Below, one piece after another: positions 8,583 to 17,929 of a stretch of 64,000 bases of DNA; position 1 is the first letter of the stretch, and every line of letters starts with the position of its first letter. The position numbers were made by a program, and so were the translations under genes. A model generated the notes under the pieces. That model did not search any database and was not told the DNA's origin. It worked only from the letters and a program-made list of their open reading frames with translations. The DNA is taken from contig CAZCYO010000003.1 in NCBI GenBank assembly GCA_964503265.1, forward strand, positions 219,575 to 283,574, written 5' to 3'. This DNA is from an uncultured Gammaproteobacteria bacterium (GTDB lineage: Bacteria > Patescibacteriota > Microgenomatia > Levybacterales > UBA12049).

Positions 8583-9695
8583 ATGGATAACCAACTTCTA
8601 CAAAACCTCAAAAGTTCAATTGAAAAAAGCGACCAGATTGCAATAGCAGTTGGTCAAAATCCTTCTGTTGACCAAATGGCAGGAGCACTTTCTATCTATT
8701 TAACCCTCCAAAACGCTGGAAAGAAAGTTACAATTGTTTCTGCATCTGAACCAATTGTTGAGATTTCAAACCTCGTTGGTATTGATCGCGTTAAAACAAC
8801 ATATTCATCAGATACTGGAGATCTTGTAGTATCGTTTCCATATAATGAAGGAGAAATTGAGAAAGTATCATACACAATGGATGATAATTTCTTAAATATC
8901 GTTGTTAAAGCCGGAGAAAATGGCTTAACATTTAATGAAGCGGATGTTAAATATACACGTGGTGCTACAGCTCCTGGAATGTTATTTGTCATTGGTACTG
9001 AATCAATGAGTGATTTAAATAGTATTTTTTCAGCTGAACTTCTTGAAGGTGTAACAACAGTAAATATTGATAATCATGCTGAAAACCAAGGATTTGGGGA
9101 TATCGTATTGGTATCACCTCGTTTTTCTTCTCTTAGTGAGCAGGTAGCTGATCTTTTATTAACATTAGGATATGAAATGGATGTAGATATCTCTCAGAAT
9201 TTAATGAGTGGTATTATCCAGGCAACAAATAATTTCCAAAATCCAAATACCACCTACCTAGCTTTTGAGATTGCAGCTATTCTTATGAAAAAAGGAGCAG
9301 TTCGCCAAATTTCACCAAAACCGTCCCAAGATCGTGGACAATTTCAATCTAATCGACCACAAGTAAATCAGCCTCGACCACAACAGCAAAATCAACCACG
9401 TGGCGGAAATCAACCAGCTGGAAATCGAAACCCACAACCACAAGGTCAACCAAGACAGAGTAATAATCAATCTTCTGGTGCGCGACCACAAGCACAAATG
9501 AATCAGCCAAGACCTCAGTCACAGTCAGTCCAGCAACCAGTTACTGAACAAGTACAGGCACAACCACAGGTTGTCGCTGATGAACCGATGTTTGAAGAAG
9601 CACAACATATTGAGGTAAAACCACAAGAACAATCACAAAAACCACCAGCAGATTGGTTAACTCCTAAAGTATATAAAGGTTCAACTGACATCTAA
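8583..9695 (+). CDS. DHH/DHHA1 (NrnA-like) homolog with degenerate catalytic motifs and a Q/P/N-rich C-terminal tail
   Basis: Architecture is collinear with NrnA, but DHH motif I (RPDPDAYGS) is replaced by QNPSVDQMAG, DHH by DNH, and GDTGRF by ATNNFQ. The last ~110 aa are low-complexity Q/P/N. Confidence 0.55.
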   Translation: MDNQLLQNLKSSIEKSDQIAIAVGQNPSVDQMAGALSIYLTLQNAGKKVTIVSASEPIVEISNLVGIDRVKTTYSSDTGDLVVSFPYNEGEIEKVSYTMDDNFLNIVVKAGENGLTFNEADVKYTRGATAPGMLFVIGTESMSDLNSIFSAELLEGVTTVNIDNHAENQGFGDIVLVSPRFSSLSEQVADLLLTLGYEMDVDISQNLMSGIIQATNNFQNPNTTYLAFEIAAILMKKGAVRQISPKPSQDRGQFQSNRPQVNQPRPQQQNQPRGGNQPAGNRNPQPQGQPRQSNNQSSGARPQAQMNQPRPQSQSVQQPVTEQVQAQPQVVADEPMFEEAQHIEVKPQEQSQKPPADWLTPKVYKGSTDI

Positions 9696-9775
9696 TTAGC
9701 GAGGTCCCAATGGTTTGGTTAACTAATCAACTACTGTATTAAAAAAGTTCCTGATACGCCTCATACTCCTGATAC

Positions 9776-9805
9776 TTGTTATACGTATCCTATTTTGCTA
9801 TAATA
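9776..9805 (+). promoter_or_regulatory. Sigma70-like promoter for rpsO-pnp
   Basis: TTGTTA -35 at 9776-9781, 18-nt spacer, TATAAT -10 at 9800-9805, then ATG at 9814, so the leader is essentially absent. Confidence 0.45.
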
Positions 9806-9813
9806 TCGAAGTT

Positions 9814-10086
9814 ATGCCGTTAACAACAGACAAGAAACAAGAAATTATTAAAAGCTATCAAACAGGTGATGGTGATACTGGAAGTCCTGAAGTACAAATT
9901 GCACTTCTCACGACTCGTATCAATCGTTTAGCTGATCATCTTAAAGAACATATCCATGATACGCATAGTAGACGAGGACTCCTCTCTATGATTGCAAAAC
10001 GACGACGTCTTGTTAATTTCCTTGAAAAGGTTGATAAAACCCGCTCAGGTGATATACTAAAGAAAATAGGACTTAAAGATAACTAA
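9814..10086 (+). CDS. rpsO: 30S ribosomal protein S15
   Basis: GSPEVQIALLTTRINRLADHLKEH...HSRRGLL; 90 aa. Confidence 0.95.
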   Translation: MPLTTDKKQEIIKSYQTGDGDTGSPEVQIALLTTRINRLADHLKEHIHDTHSRRGLLSMIAKRRRLVNFLEKVDKTRSGDILKKIGLKDN

Positions 10087-12443
10087 TGGAAAAGAAAATA
10101 ACCTCAGTATCCCGCGAATTTGCTGGTCAAACACTTACATTTGAAACAGGATTATTAGCACCACAAGCTACAGCAGCTGTTTTAGCACGCCAAGGCGACA
10201 CTGTCGTACTTGCTACAGTGGTTGCAGGTGGTGTCCGTGATGGAATTGACTATTTCCCTCTCAGTGTAGAATACGCAGAAAAACTTTATGCTGGAGGACG
10301 AATCAAAGGTAGTCGTTGGGTAAAACGTGATGGCCGCCCTACAGATGAAGCAGTTCTAACAGGACGTCTCATTGATCGTTCTATTCGCCCACTTTTCCCT
10401 AAAGAATATAAAAACGAAGTACAAGTCGTAGTTACACTTCTTTCAGTTGATGGGGAAAATAGTGCAGATGTTTTGGCAATCAACGCAGTATCAGCAGCAA
10501 TTGCTATGTCACGAGTTCCATGGAGTGGTCCAATCGCAGCAATCCGCATGGGATATGTTAAAGAATCAGAAGGAAAAGAAGCAGCTTATCTTCCAAATCC
10601 TACAATTAGCCAGCAGGAAACCTCAGAACTTGATATCGTGGTCTCACAATCAAAAGAGTTAACACTTATGATCGAATCTGGTGCAAATCAAGTTCCAGAA
10701 GATATCATGGTTGAATCAATCAAACGTGCACATACCGAAACAGCAGTTGTTCTTGAACTCATTGAGGAATTAGTGAAGAAAGTTGGACAAAAGAAAGACG
10801 CAGTTCCACAAAACTCAGCACTTACAGATGCTGTTAAAGTAGTTGAAAAAGGATATTCATCTGAACTTCAAGGACTTATCGATACTCGAGCGAATAAAGA
10901 GGGAAGTGGCTCTGAAACAGAAGATCTTATTAAGAAAATTTATAATGATTACAAAATGGCTAACCCTGAAGGTGAGCTTGACTCAAAGATGATCGCTAAT
11001 GCGGTTGAATATCTCATGTTCAAACTTATCAAATCTAATGTTGTTACTAAGAAAAAACGACCAGATGGTCGAAAGATTGATGAAATTCGAGAAATTACGA
11101 CAGGTGTTTCTATTCTCCCAAGAACACATGGTTCTGCACTGTTTAACCGAGGTTTAACTCAAGCACTTTCTATCGTAACGCTTGGTTCACCTCGAATGGA
11201 ACAGCTTTTAGAAGCACCAGAAGGTGAGTCAACAAAAAGATATATTCATCACTACTCAGGTCCACCATATTCGTTCGGACAAGCAGGAAGATTTGGATTC
11301 GTCTCACGACGCGAAATTGGTCACGGTGCACTTGCAGAACGCGCACTTCTTCCAGTTATTCCAACACAAGAAGATTTCCCATATACAATCAGAGTTGTAT
11401 CAGAAGTACTTTCTCAGAATGGTTCAAGTTCAATGGCTTCAACATGTGGATCAACACTTGCACTCATGGACGCTGGAGTTCCAATCACAAAGCCAGTAGC
11501 TGGTATCTCAATTGGACGTATGTCTGTTGATGATAAATCTATTTTACTCACAGATATTATTGGTCTTGAAGATTTTTCAGGTGATATGGATTTTAAAGTT
11601 GCTGGAACTGATACTGGAGTTACCGCAATCCAACTTGATGTAAAGATTCCAGGATTAACAGTTAGTGAAATTGCTGAAATTTTTGAAAGAGCTCGTACCG
11701 CTCGTCTTGAGATTCTTAAAACAATGATGGCTACTATCTCAACACCTCGAGAAGGACTTTCAGAATATGCACCAAAAATTGAAACTGTTCAAATTCCTGT
11801 TGATAAAATTGGAGAATTAATCGGTCCTGGTGGTAAAGTTATCAAGAATATTATCGCCCAGACAGGTGCAACTGTTGATGTCGAAGATGATGGAGTAGTA
11901 ACGATCTCTGGAGTTGATGCAGAAGCTGTTCAAAAAGCTGTTGATTGGGTAACTAATATGATGAGAGAAGTAGTTGCTGGGGAAATCTTCACTGGACCGG
12001 TCAAGAGAATTCTTCCATTTGGAGCGTTCGTTGAAATTTTACCTGGAAAAGAAGGTATGGTTCATGTATCTAAAATGTCACGAGAATTTGTTAACAACCC
12101 AGAAGATGTTGTACAGCTAGGACAAGAAGTAGAAGTAAAAGTACAAGAAATTGACGATCAAGGAAGAATCAATTTAACTATGTTACTTGATGATGATGGA
12201 TCTCAAGGTCCTCGTGAACCACGAGGTGGCGGGTCAAGTCGTGGAGGAGGCGAGCGAAGACCATATCAGGAAAGACGACCGTATGGTAATCGTGATTCAG
12301 GTACATCTGAGCGTGGAAGTAGAGATGGTGATGGTGGAACACGAAGTGCAAATCCTCATCCACTCGCACAACAATTTAGACGAGAACGAACTGAACAACG
12401 AACACCTGGCCGACCAGATCAAAGACGTAAAGCACACTATTAA
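10086..12443 (+). CDS. pnp: Polynucleotide phosphorylase (PNPase) with KH and S1 domains and an R/G-rich C-terminal tail
   Basis: Two RNase PH-like domains, KH (GPGGKVIKNI) and S1 (GEIFTGPVKRILPFGAFVEI). Tail reads RGGGSSRGGGERRPYQERRPY. Confidence 0.95.
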   Translation: MEKKITSVSREFAGQTLTFETGLLAPQATAAVLARQGDTVVLATVVAGGVRDGIDYFPLSVEYAEKLYAGGRIKGSRWVKRDGRPTDEAVLTGRLIDRSIRPLFPKEYKNEVQVVVTLLSVDGENSADVLAINAVSAAIAMSRVPWSGPIAAIRMGYVKESEGKEAAYLPNPTISQQETSELDIVVSQSKELTLMIESGANQVPEDIMVESIKRAHTETAVVLELIEELVKKVGQKKDAVPQNSALTDAVKVVEKGYSSELQGLIDTRANKEGSGSETEDLIKKIYNDYKMANPEGELDSKMIANAVEYLMFKLIKSNVVTKKKRPDGRKIDEIREITTGVSILPRTHGSALFNRGLTQALSIVTLGSPRMEQLLEAPEGESTKRYIHHYSGPPYSFGQAGRFGFVSRREIGHGALAERALLPVIPTQEDFPYTIRVVSEVLSQNGSSSMASTCGSTLALMDAGVPITKPVAGISIGRMSVDDKSILLTDIIGLEDFSGDMDFKVAGTDTGVTAIQLDVKIPGLTVSEIAEIFERARTARLEILKTMMATISTPREGLSEYAPKIETVQIPVDKIGELIGPGGKVIKNIIAQTGATVDVEDDGVVTISGVDAEAVQKAVDWVTNMMREVVAGEIFTGPVKRILPFGAFVEILPGKEGMVHVSKMSREFVNNPEDVVQLGQEVEVKVQEIDDQGRINLTMLLDDDGSQGPREPRGGGSSRGGGERRPYQERRPYGNRDSGTSERGSRDGDGGTRSANPHPLAQQFRRERTEQRTPGRPDQRRKAHY

Positions 12444-12630
12444 TCCCCATTAGTAAAACTCGAAATCCGAATTTCGAAACTCAAAAAAGTTACCTTAAAA
12501 TAATATTGAATTTTTTTTGTGTCTTTATTTCGTATTTCATGCTTCGATTTTCGAATTTTTCTATTCTCTTAATTTTGATTCTCTCTTAGTATGCTTTCAT
12601 TTTTAGATAGGATTCGCTATCATAGGATGT

Positions 12631-13779
12631 ATGGATCCTGCTCAGTCCCAACCTGTTGTTCCGCCTGAAAATGGACCAACTATTCAAACACCACCTACTT
12701 TTAATCCGCCTGATAAAAGTGAATCGAACGATCAGATTCGCCAGCTTGGTGAAAAGATTGAACAAACACCATTACCTGCAGACTTAAAAACTAATTTATT
12801 AGAGCGAATTGCCCGACTTGCTTTGATCCGTGTGAGCAGTGGATTTATGAGTTCGAACTATATTATCGAATATGAAGCAACTTCAAATTATATTAATTGG
12901 GTAATTAAACTTCCATGGAATACTATGTCACAGGATTTACTCGATTTAATCCGTGCAAAAGAAGCGTTGGATAGAAATCATTATGGACTAAATACGATTA
13001 AAGATCGTATCTTAGAATATTTAGCGACAATCATTCTTAATCTTCGAGCTGGCAAGAAAGATACAGTTGCGCGTGCCCCAATCTTGTGTCTTGTCGGACT
13101 TGCTGGAACTGGTAAAACGACCTTAGCTATTTCTATTGCTGAAGCACTCGGACGCCAATTTGCGCGTATTCCATTTGGTGGTATGGCTGATTCACGAGTA
13201 CTGCGTGGGCAGTCAAAATCGTTTGCAGATGCAGAACCTGGAACAGTTATTAAAAAATTAGTTGGAGCTGGAACAAGAAATCCTGTGATTCTCCTTGATG
13301 AATTAGATCGTGTGTCTGAAAATGCACGTGCAGATATCATGGGAGTACTTATTGAGTTACTTGATCCTGAACAGAACCATGCGTTTACTGATCATTACAT
13401 TGATTATCCATTCGATTTGTCTAATGTTATTTTCGTTGCAACTGCAAATAATACCAAAAATGTCTCAACTGCTGTGATGGATCGTCTTGAAGTTATCCAA
13501 ATGCCATCATATTCTGATGAAGAAAAAATTGTTATCGCAAAAACATATTTATTTAATAAAATTAGAACCGCTTCAGGATTAGCAGAAAACCAATTAGTGA
13601 TGGATGAAAGTGTCTGGCCAAGTATCATTCGGCCACTTGGATTTGATTCAGGTATTCGAAGTTTAGAGAGAACGGTTGAAGGTGTGTGTCGAAAGGTAGC
13701 AAAGATTATTGTTGAAGGAAGAGCGCAATCGATTAGACTGGATGCAAATAATATCAAAGAATACTTGCCTCAGTACTAA
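12631..13779 (+). CDS. Lon-like AAA+ ATPase module with no LAN N-domain and no protease domain
   Basis: Collinear with Lon residues ~270-600: YINWVIKLPW, HYGLNTIKDRILEYLA, Walker A GLAGTGKTTL, Walker B ILLDELDRV, DPEQNHAFTDHY, sensor-2 GIRSLER. It ends exactly where the Lon protease domain would begin. Confidence 0.8.
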   Translation: MDPAQSQPVVPPENGPTIQTPPTFNPPDKSESNDQIRQLGEKIEQTPLPADLKTNLLERIARLALIRVSSGFMSSNYIIEYEATSNYINWVIKLPWNTMSQDLLDLIRAKEALDRNHYGLNTIKDRILEYLATIILNLRAGKKDTVARAPILCLVGLAGTGKTTLAISIAEALGRQFARIPFGGMADSRVLRGQSKSFADAEPGTVIKKLVGAGTRNPVILLDELDRVSENARADIMGVLIELLDPEQNHAFTDHYIDYPFDLSNVIFVATANNTKNVSTAVMDRLEVIQMPSYSDEEKIVIAKTYLFNKIRTASGLAENQLVMDESVWPSIIRPLGFDSGIRSLERTVEGVCRKVAKIIVEGRAQSIRLDANNIKEYLPQY

Positions 13780-13784
13780 ATGAG

Positions 13785-13859
13785 AAGTTAGAATATAGAA
13801 GTTACTAGATAGAATATTCTTATACTAACTTTTATCTCCTAACTTCTATATTCTAACTT
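13785..13859. repeat. Perfect 20-bp inverted repeat (AAGTTAGAATATAGAAGTTA / TAACTTCTATATTCTAACTT) flanking a 35-nt spacer with central palindrome AGAATATTCT
   Basis: Read directly at 13785-13804 and 13840-13859. Related copies occur at 17835-17920 and 63529-63566. Confidence 0.85.
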
Positions 13860-13925
13860 GTATATTACCAGTGTGCTTCTTGTCTCCCTTCGATAAACCG
13901 CGTATACTATAGCAGAGCAAAAAAT

Positions 13926-15617
13926 ATGGATTTTAAAAATATTATTACTAGTAAACCATCAAATGACACGATTTCATTTCTGCCACTTGGTGGAATTGAA
14001 GACGTCACGAAAAATATGTATCTCTATCAATATCGAGATGAGATTTTGATAGTAGATTGTGGTATCGGATTCGCTGATGAAACAATGCTTGGTGTGGACC
14101 TTCTCTTGCCAGACATTTCATATCTATTATCGACAAAGAAAAGAATAGTCGGAATGGTGTTAACACATGGTCATGAAGATCATATCGGGGCACTTCCCTT
14201 TATTCTCCCACAGCTTCCTAAATTCCCAGTATATGGGACTCCACTTACTGCAATGCTCGCAAATGAAAAACTAAAAGAGTTTGAGCATCCTCACCGTGTA
14301 CAGGTAGTCCAATTTGATAAACCAGATGTAAGAATGGGAAGTTTTGCAGCACGCTTTATCAAAATCACACACTCAGTTCCTGATAGTTCTAGTATCTTTA
14401 TTAAGACGCCTGTTGGAAATTTCGTTCACACAGGGGATTTTAAACTTGATTTAACACCAGCTGATGGAAAACGATCAGATTACCAGCGACTGGCTGATGC
14501 TGGGCGTGAAGGTGTTATGGCACTTATGTCAGATTCACTCGGTTCAGAACGTCCAGGATTTACTGCAACTGAGCGTGGTATGGATTTAAGCTTTGAGAGA
14601 GAGATGAGAAATTGCGAAGGAAAGTTTCTCTTAACTACTTATTCTTCTAACATCGCCCGACTCAATCAAGCCATCCAAGCAGCTGAGCGTGTGGGCAGAA
14701 AAGTTTGTTTTGTTGGACGATCACTTATAAAAGTAAAAGATGTTGGTATAAAGATGGGATATCTCCAAATGAAAAGTGGGACGGAAGTTGAAATCGAAAA
14801 TCTCAGACATATGGCTGATAATGAAATAATGTTAATTGTAGCAGGATCACAAGGACAGGAAAATTCAGCACTTACTCGTATCGCAAATGACGAACATAAA
14901 GATATTAGTCTTTCACCGAAAGATACTGTTGTCTTCTCCTCCGATCCAATTCCTGGAAATGAAATTTCTGTGACAGAGCTCATCGACGTTATCTTTAAAA
15001 AAGGGGTAAAGGCTGTTTATTCAACGTTATCTGGACATACGTTTCATGTTTCTGGTCACGGTTCGGCCGGAGATCTTCAGTTAATGATGTCTCTGATTAG
15101 ACCACAGTATTTGGTGCCTGTTTCAGGAAATTACAAACACATGGTAGCATATAAAAAACTGGGAGTTGAAATGGGATATGGAGAAAAAGAAATATTTCTT
15201 CAAGAAAATGGCCAGGAATTAATTTTTAGTAAGAATGGAGTTAAGCCTGGACAGAAAATTGAACTTAAAAGTGTTTATGTCGATCAAATCTCTGGTGAAG
15301 AGGTCGATAGTTATGTTCTTCGTGACCGCGAGAAACTAGCGAAAGAAGGAATAGTAATTATTATGACTGAAATTAACGCATCAAATGGGCAATTGACCGA
15401 TGATCCTGCACTTATTACTCGTGGATTTAACCCAGCTGATGAAAAAGCTCTCCTTCAGACACTACCTTCAGATATTCGTCGACAATTAGGTGGAAAGAAA
15501 GCACAAGTTAAAAATTGGAGTCATATGCGAAAGTTAGTCAGTGATATCGCTGGTAAGCACATCTTTAAAACCCTTCGACGTCGCCCGCTTATTCTCCCGA
15601 TTATCATTGAAGTGTAA
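13926..15617 (+). CDS. rnj: Ribonuclease J (metallo-beta-lactamase/beta-CASP)
   Basis: VLTHGHEDHIGALPF with beta-CASP motifs; 563 aa. Confidence 0.9.
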   Translation: MDFKNIITSKPSNDTISFLPLGGIEDVTKNMYLYQYRDEILIVDCGIGFADETMLGVDLLLPDISYLLSTKKRIVGMVLTHGHEDHIGALPFILPQLPKFPVYGTPLTAMLANEKLKEFEHPHRVQVVQFDKPDVRMGSFAARFIKITHSVPDSSSIFIKTPVGNFVHTGDFKLDLTPADGKRSDYQRLADAGREGVMALMSDSLGSERPGFTATERGMDLSFEREMRNCEGKFLLTTYSSNIARLNQAIQAAERVGRKVCFVGRSLIKVKDVGIKMGYLQMKSGTEVEIENLRHMADNEIMLIVAGSQGQENSALTRIANDEHKDISLSPKDTVVFSSDPIPGNEISVTELIDVIFKKGVKAVYSTLSGHTFHVSGHGSAGDLQLMMSLIRPQYLVPVSGNYKHMVAYKKLGVEMGYGEKEIFLQENGQELIFSKNGVKPGQKIELKSVYVDQISGEEVDSYVLRDREKLAKEGIVIIMTEINASNGQLTDDPALITRGFNPADEKALLQTLPSDIRRQLGGKKAQVKNWSHMRKLVSDIAGKHIFKTLRRRPLILPIIIEV

Positions 15618-15691
15618 TATCTCCCGATACGTTTGTATTCTCGCTTGTTTGTGCTATTATTTCTATACCTGATGATCTCAGGTTCTGTCCT

Positions 15692-17821
15692 ATGGGGTCA
15701 AAAAAACGTGCTCGCAAAAAACCAATTAAATTGAAGCTCAAAAAGAATACTGTTTATACTATTTTTGGGTTGGGATCTATCTTTGCTGCGCTTCTTATGT
15801 TTCTTTCATTTTTACATACGGGGGAATCAACGCAGCGGTTACAACGTATTCTTGAAGAGAACTTTGGAGGAGCTGCATTTCTTTTTCCGTTCGTTTTTAT
15901 CTTCTTCGGGTTTCTTTTGCTTCATTTGAAAATGTTTCTTTCAAAAGTAAATGTATTTATAGGCTATTTGTTATTTTTTGTTTCAGTCGTAGGATTAACC
16001 CGGAGTGGATCATTTGGTGAGAAACTATTTGGTATTCTTCAGGAAATTTTGACGATTCCTGGAGCAGATGTGGTATTTATTCTCGGGATTATTGTGGGAA
16101 CTATCGTAGTTTTTGATACTTCAATGGATGAAATTCTTCAAGGATTTAAAACTGCAGGGAGTACAATTGCGCGGTTATATCCAGGAAGTTTGTTTAAAAA
16201 AAGAGATGGACAGTCCTCACTTGACCGAAGTAAGCCCATGCAAATTAAAGGTCTTCAAAAAGATGCACCAGCAATACCTATTCAAAATGAAGCACCAAAA
16301 ATTAATAAAAAAGAACCAGAATTACTTTCTGAAAAGCTCGTTAGTAATATGATGTCAGGTAATGGACCGGGCATTTGGGAATATCCACCACTTTCGCTTC
16401 TTTCTGACATTCCAGGACAGAAAGCTGATCGAGGAGATGTTAATAAAACAGCATCACTTATTGAAAAGACACTGCAAAGTTTTGGTGTTGATGCACGTGT
16501 GGCTGAGGTGAACCTAGGGCCTGCAGTTACCCAATACGCACTTGAAATTGCACTAGGAACAAAGATTACCAAAATTACATCTCTCGCATCAAATCTTGCA
16601 CTTGCAACCGAAGCACCGGGAGGGCAGATTCGTATTGAAGCACCTATTCCTGGTCGAAATTTGGTTGGAATTGAAATTCCGAATAAATCTCTTGAAGTAG
16701 TACCTCTTAAGACGATGCTTGCTTCTGCTAATATGCAGAAAAGTAAGTCAAAGTTATCTACCTCAATGGGACTTGACGTCTCAGGAACACCACTCATTGC
16801 TGATATTGGGAAAATGCCCCACGCGCTTGTTGCAGGAACCACTGGCTCAGGAAAATCAGCCTTCCTTAACTCTATGCTTTGTTCGCTCCTATTTAGAGCA
16901 TCACCAAGTGAAGTAAAGCTCATTTTGGTCGATCCAAAACGCGTTGAATTCACTGCATATAATGGTATTCCTCATTTATTGACTCCTGTTATTGTCGAAG
17001 TCGAGAAAATTCTTTCTGCACTTAAGTGGGCTGTTAGCGAGATGGATCGCAGATACAAAATTTTCGCAGAACGAGGAGTCAGAAATATTGAAGGATATAA
17101 TGAGCTATCCGGCTTTCAAGCCCTTCCCTATATCGTGATTGTGATCGATGAGTTAGCTGATCTGATGATGTTTGCTCCTGTTGAAGTTGAAGATGCAATT
17201 GCACGCCTTGCTCAAATGGCTCGAGCTGTGGGCATTCATTTAATTATTGCAACACAGCGACCTTCAGTAAATGTTATTACTGGTCTTATTAAAGCTAATG
17301 TTCCTTGCCGAATAGCATTTAATGTTTCATCACAAATTGACTCTCGTGTTATTCTTGATTCGCAAGGTGCTGAGAAATTACTAGGAAGAGGGGATATGTT
17401 ATTTGTCCCACCAGATCAAGCAAAGGCGACTCGTATTCAGGGGGCATGGGTGTCTGAGAAGGAAATTAAAAAACTAGTAGAATATCTTAAAGCTAAAAAT
17501 ATTCCAGTTGAATATACTGAGGAAATTCTTAACCAACCAACAGGAGGCGGAAAAAATGGGAAAGCCGGAAGTGCATCAGGGGGAAGTGGAGATGGGAAGG
17601 ATGATATGTTTGAAGATGCAGTCCGAGTTGTCTGCCAGTTTAATAATGCGTCTGCATCTTTCTTGCAGCGTAAGATGTCTATCGGTTATTCACGCGCTGC
17701 TCGAATTTTAGATCAACTTGAAGAGAACGGAATTGTCGGTCCAGCAGACGGATCGAAAGCTCGAGATATTTTAGTTCGAAATGCTGAAGAATATCTTTCT
17801 TCAATGAATCAACAACAGTAG
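15692..17821 (+). CDS. ftsK: DNA translocase FtsK/SpoIIIE
   Basis: N-terminal TM helices, Walker A ALVAGTTGSGKSAFLNSM, gamma domain (YSRAARILDQLEENGIVGP). Confidence 0.93.
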   Translation: MGSKKRARKKPIKLKLKKNTVYTIFGLGSIFAALLMFLSFLHTGESTQRLQRILEENFGGAAFLFPFVFIFFGFLLLHLKMFLSKVNVFIGYLLFFVSVVGLTRSGSFGEKLFGILQEILTIPGADVVFILGIIVGTIVVFDTSMDEILQGFKTAGSTIARLYPGSLFKKRDGQSSLDRSKPMQIKGLQKDAPAIPIQNEAPKINKKEPELLSEKLVSNMMSGNGPGIWEYPPLSLLSDIPGQKADRGDVNKTASLIEKTLQSFGVDARVAEVNLGPAVTQYALEIALGTKITKITSLASNLALATEAPGGQIRIEAPIPGRNLVGIEIPNKSLEVVPLKTMLASANMQKSKSKLSTSMGLDVSGTPLIADIGKMPHALVAGTTGSGKSAFLNSMLCSLLFRASPSEVKLILVDPKRVEFTAYNGIPHLLTPVIVEVEKILSALKWAVSEMDRRYKIFAERGVRNIEGYNELSGFQALPYIVIVIDELADLMMFAPVEVEDAIARLAQMARAVGIHLIIATQRPSVNVITGLIKANVPCRIAFNVSSQIDSRVILDSQGAEKLLGRGDMLFVPPDQAKATRIQGAWVSEKEIKKLVEYLKAKNIPVEYTEEILNQPTGGGKNGKAGSASGGSGDGKDDMFEDAVRVVCQFNNASASFLQRKMSIGYSRAARILDQLEENGIVGPADGSKARDILVRNAEEYLSSMNQQQ

Positions 17822-17929
17822 ATATGCTATGATGCTAGAAGTTAGAGATTTGAATGAGAGTATGAGAGTGGAATATACATGGTTATTATTATTTACCTTC
17901 TAGTATCAAACTTCTAATTTCTATTTCAT

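Noticed and set aside
13780-13925. Lon protease-domain remnant hidden downstream of the Lon-like gene
   Set aside because: The 146-nt gap is occupied by the inverted-repeat element and rnj promoter-like sequence, which is too short and too AT-rich to encode a protease domain. This still needs a tblastn check.
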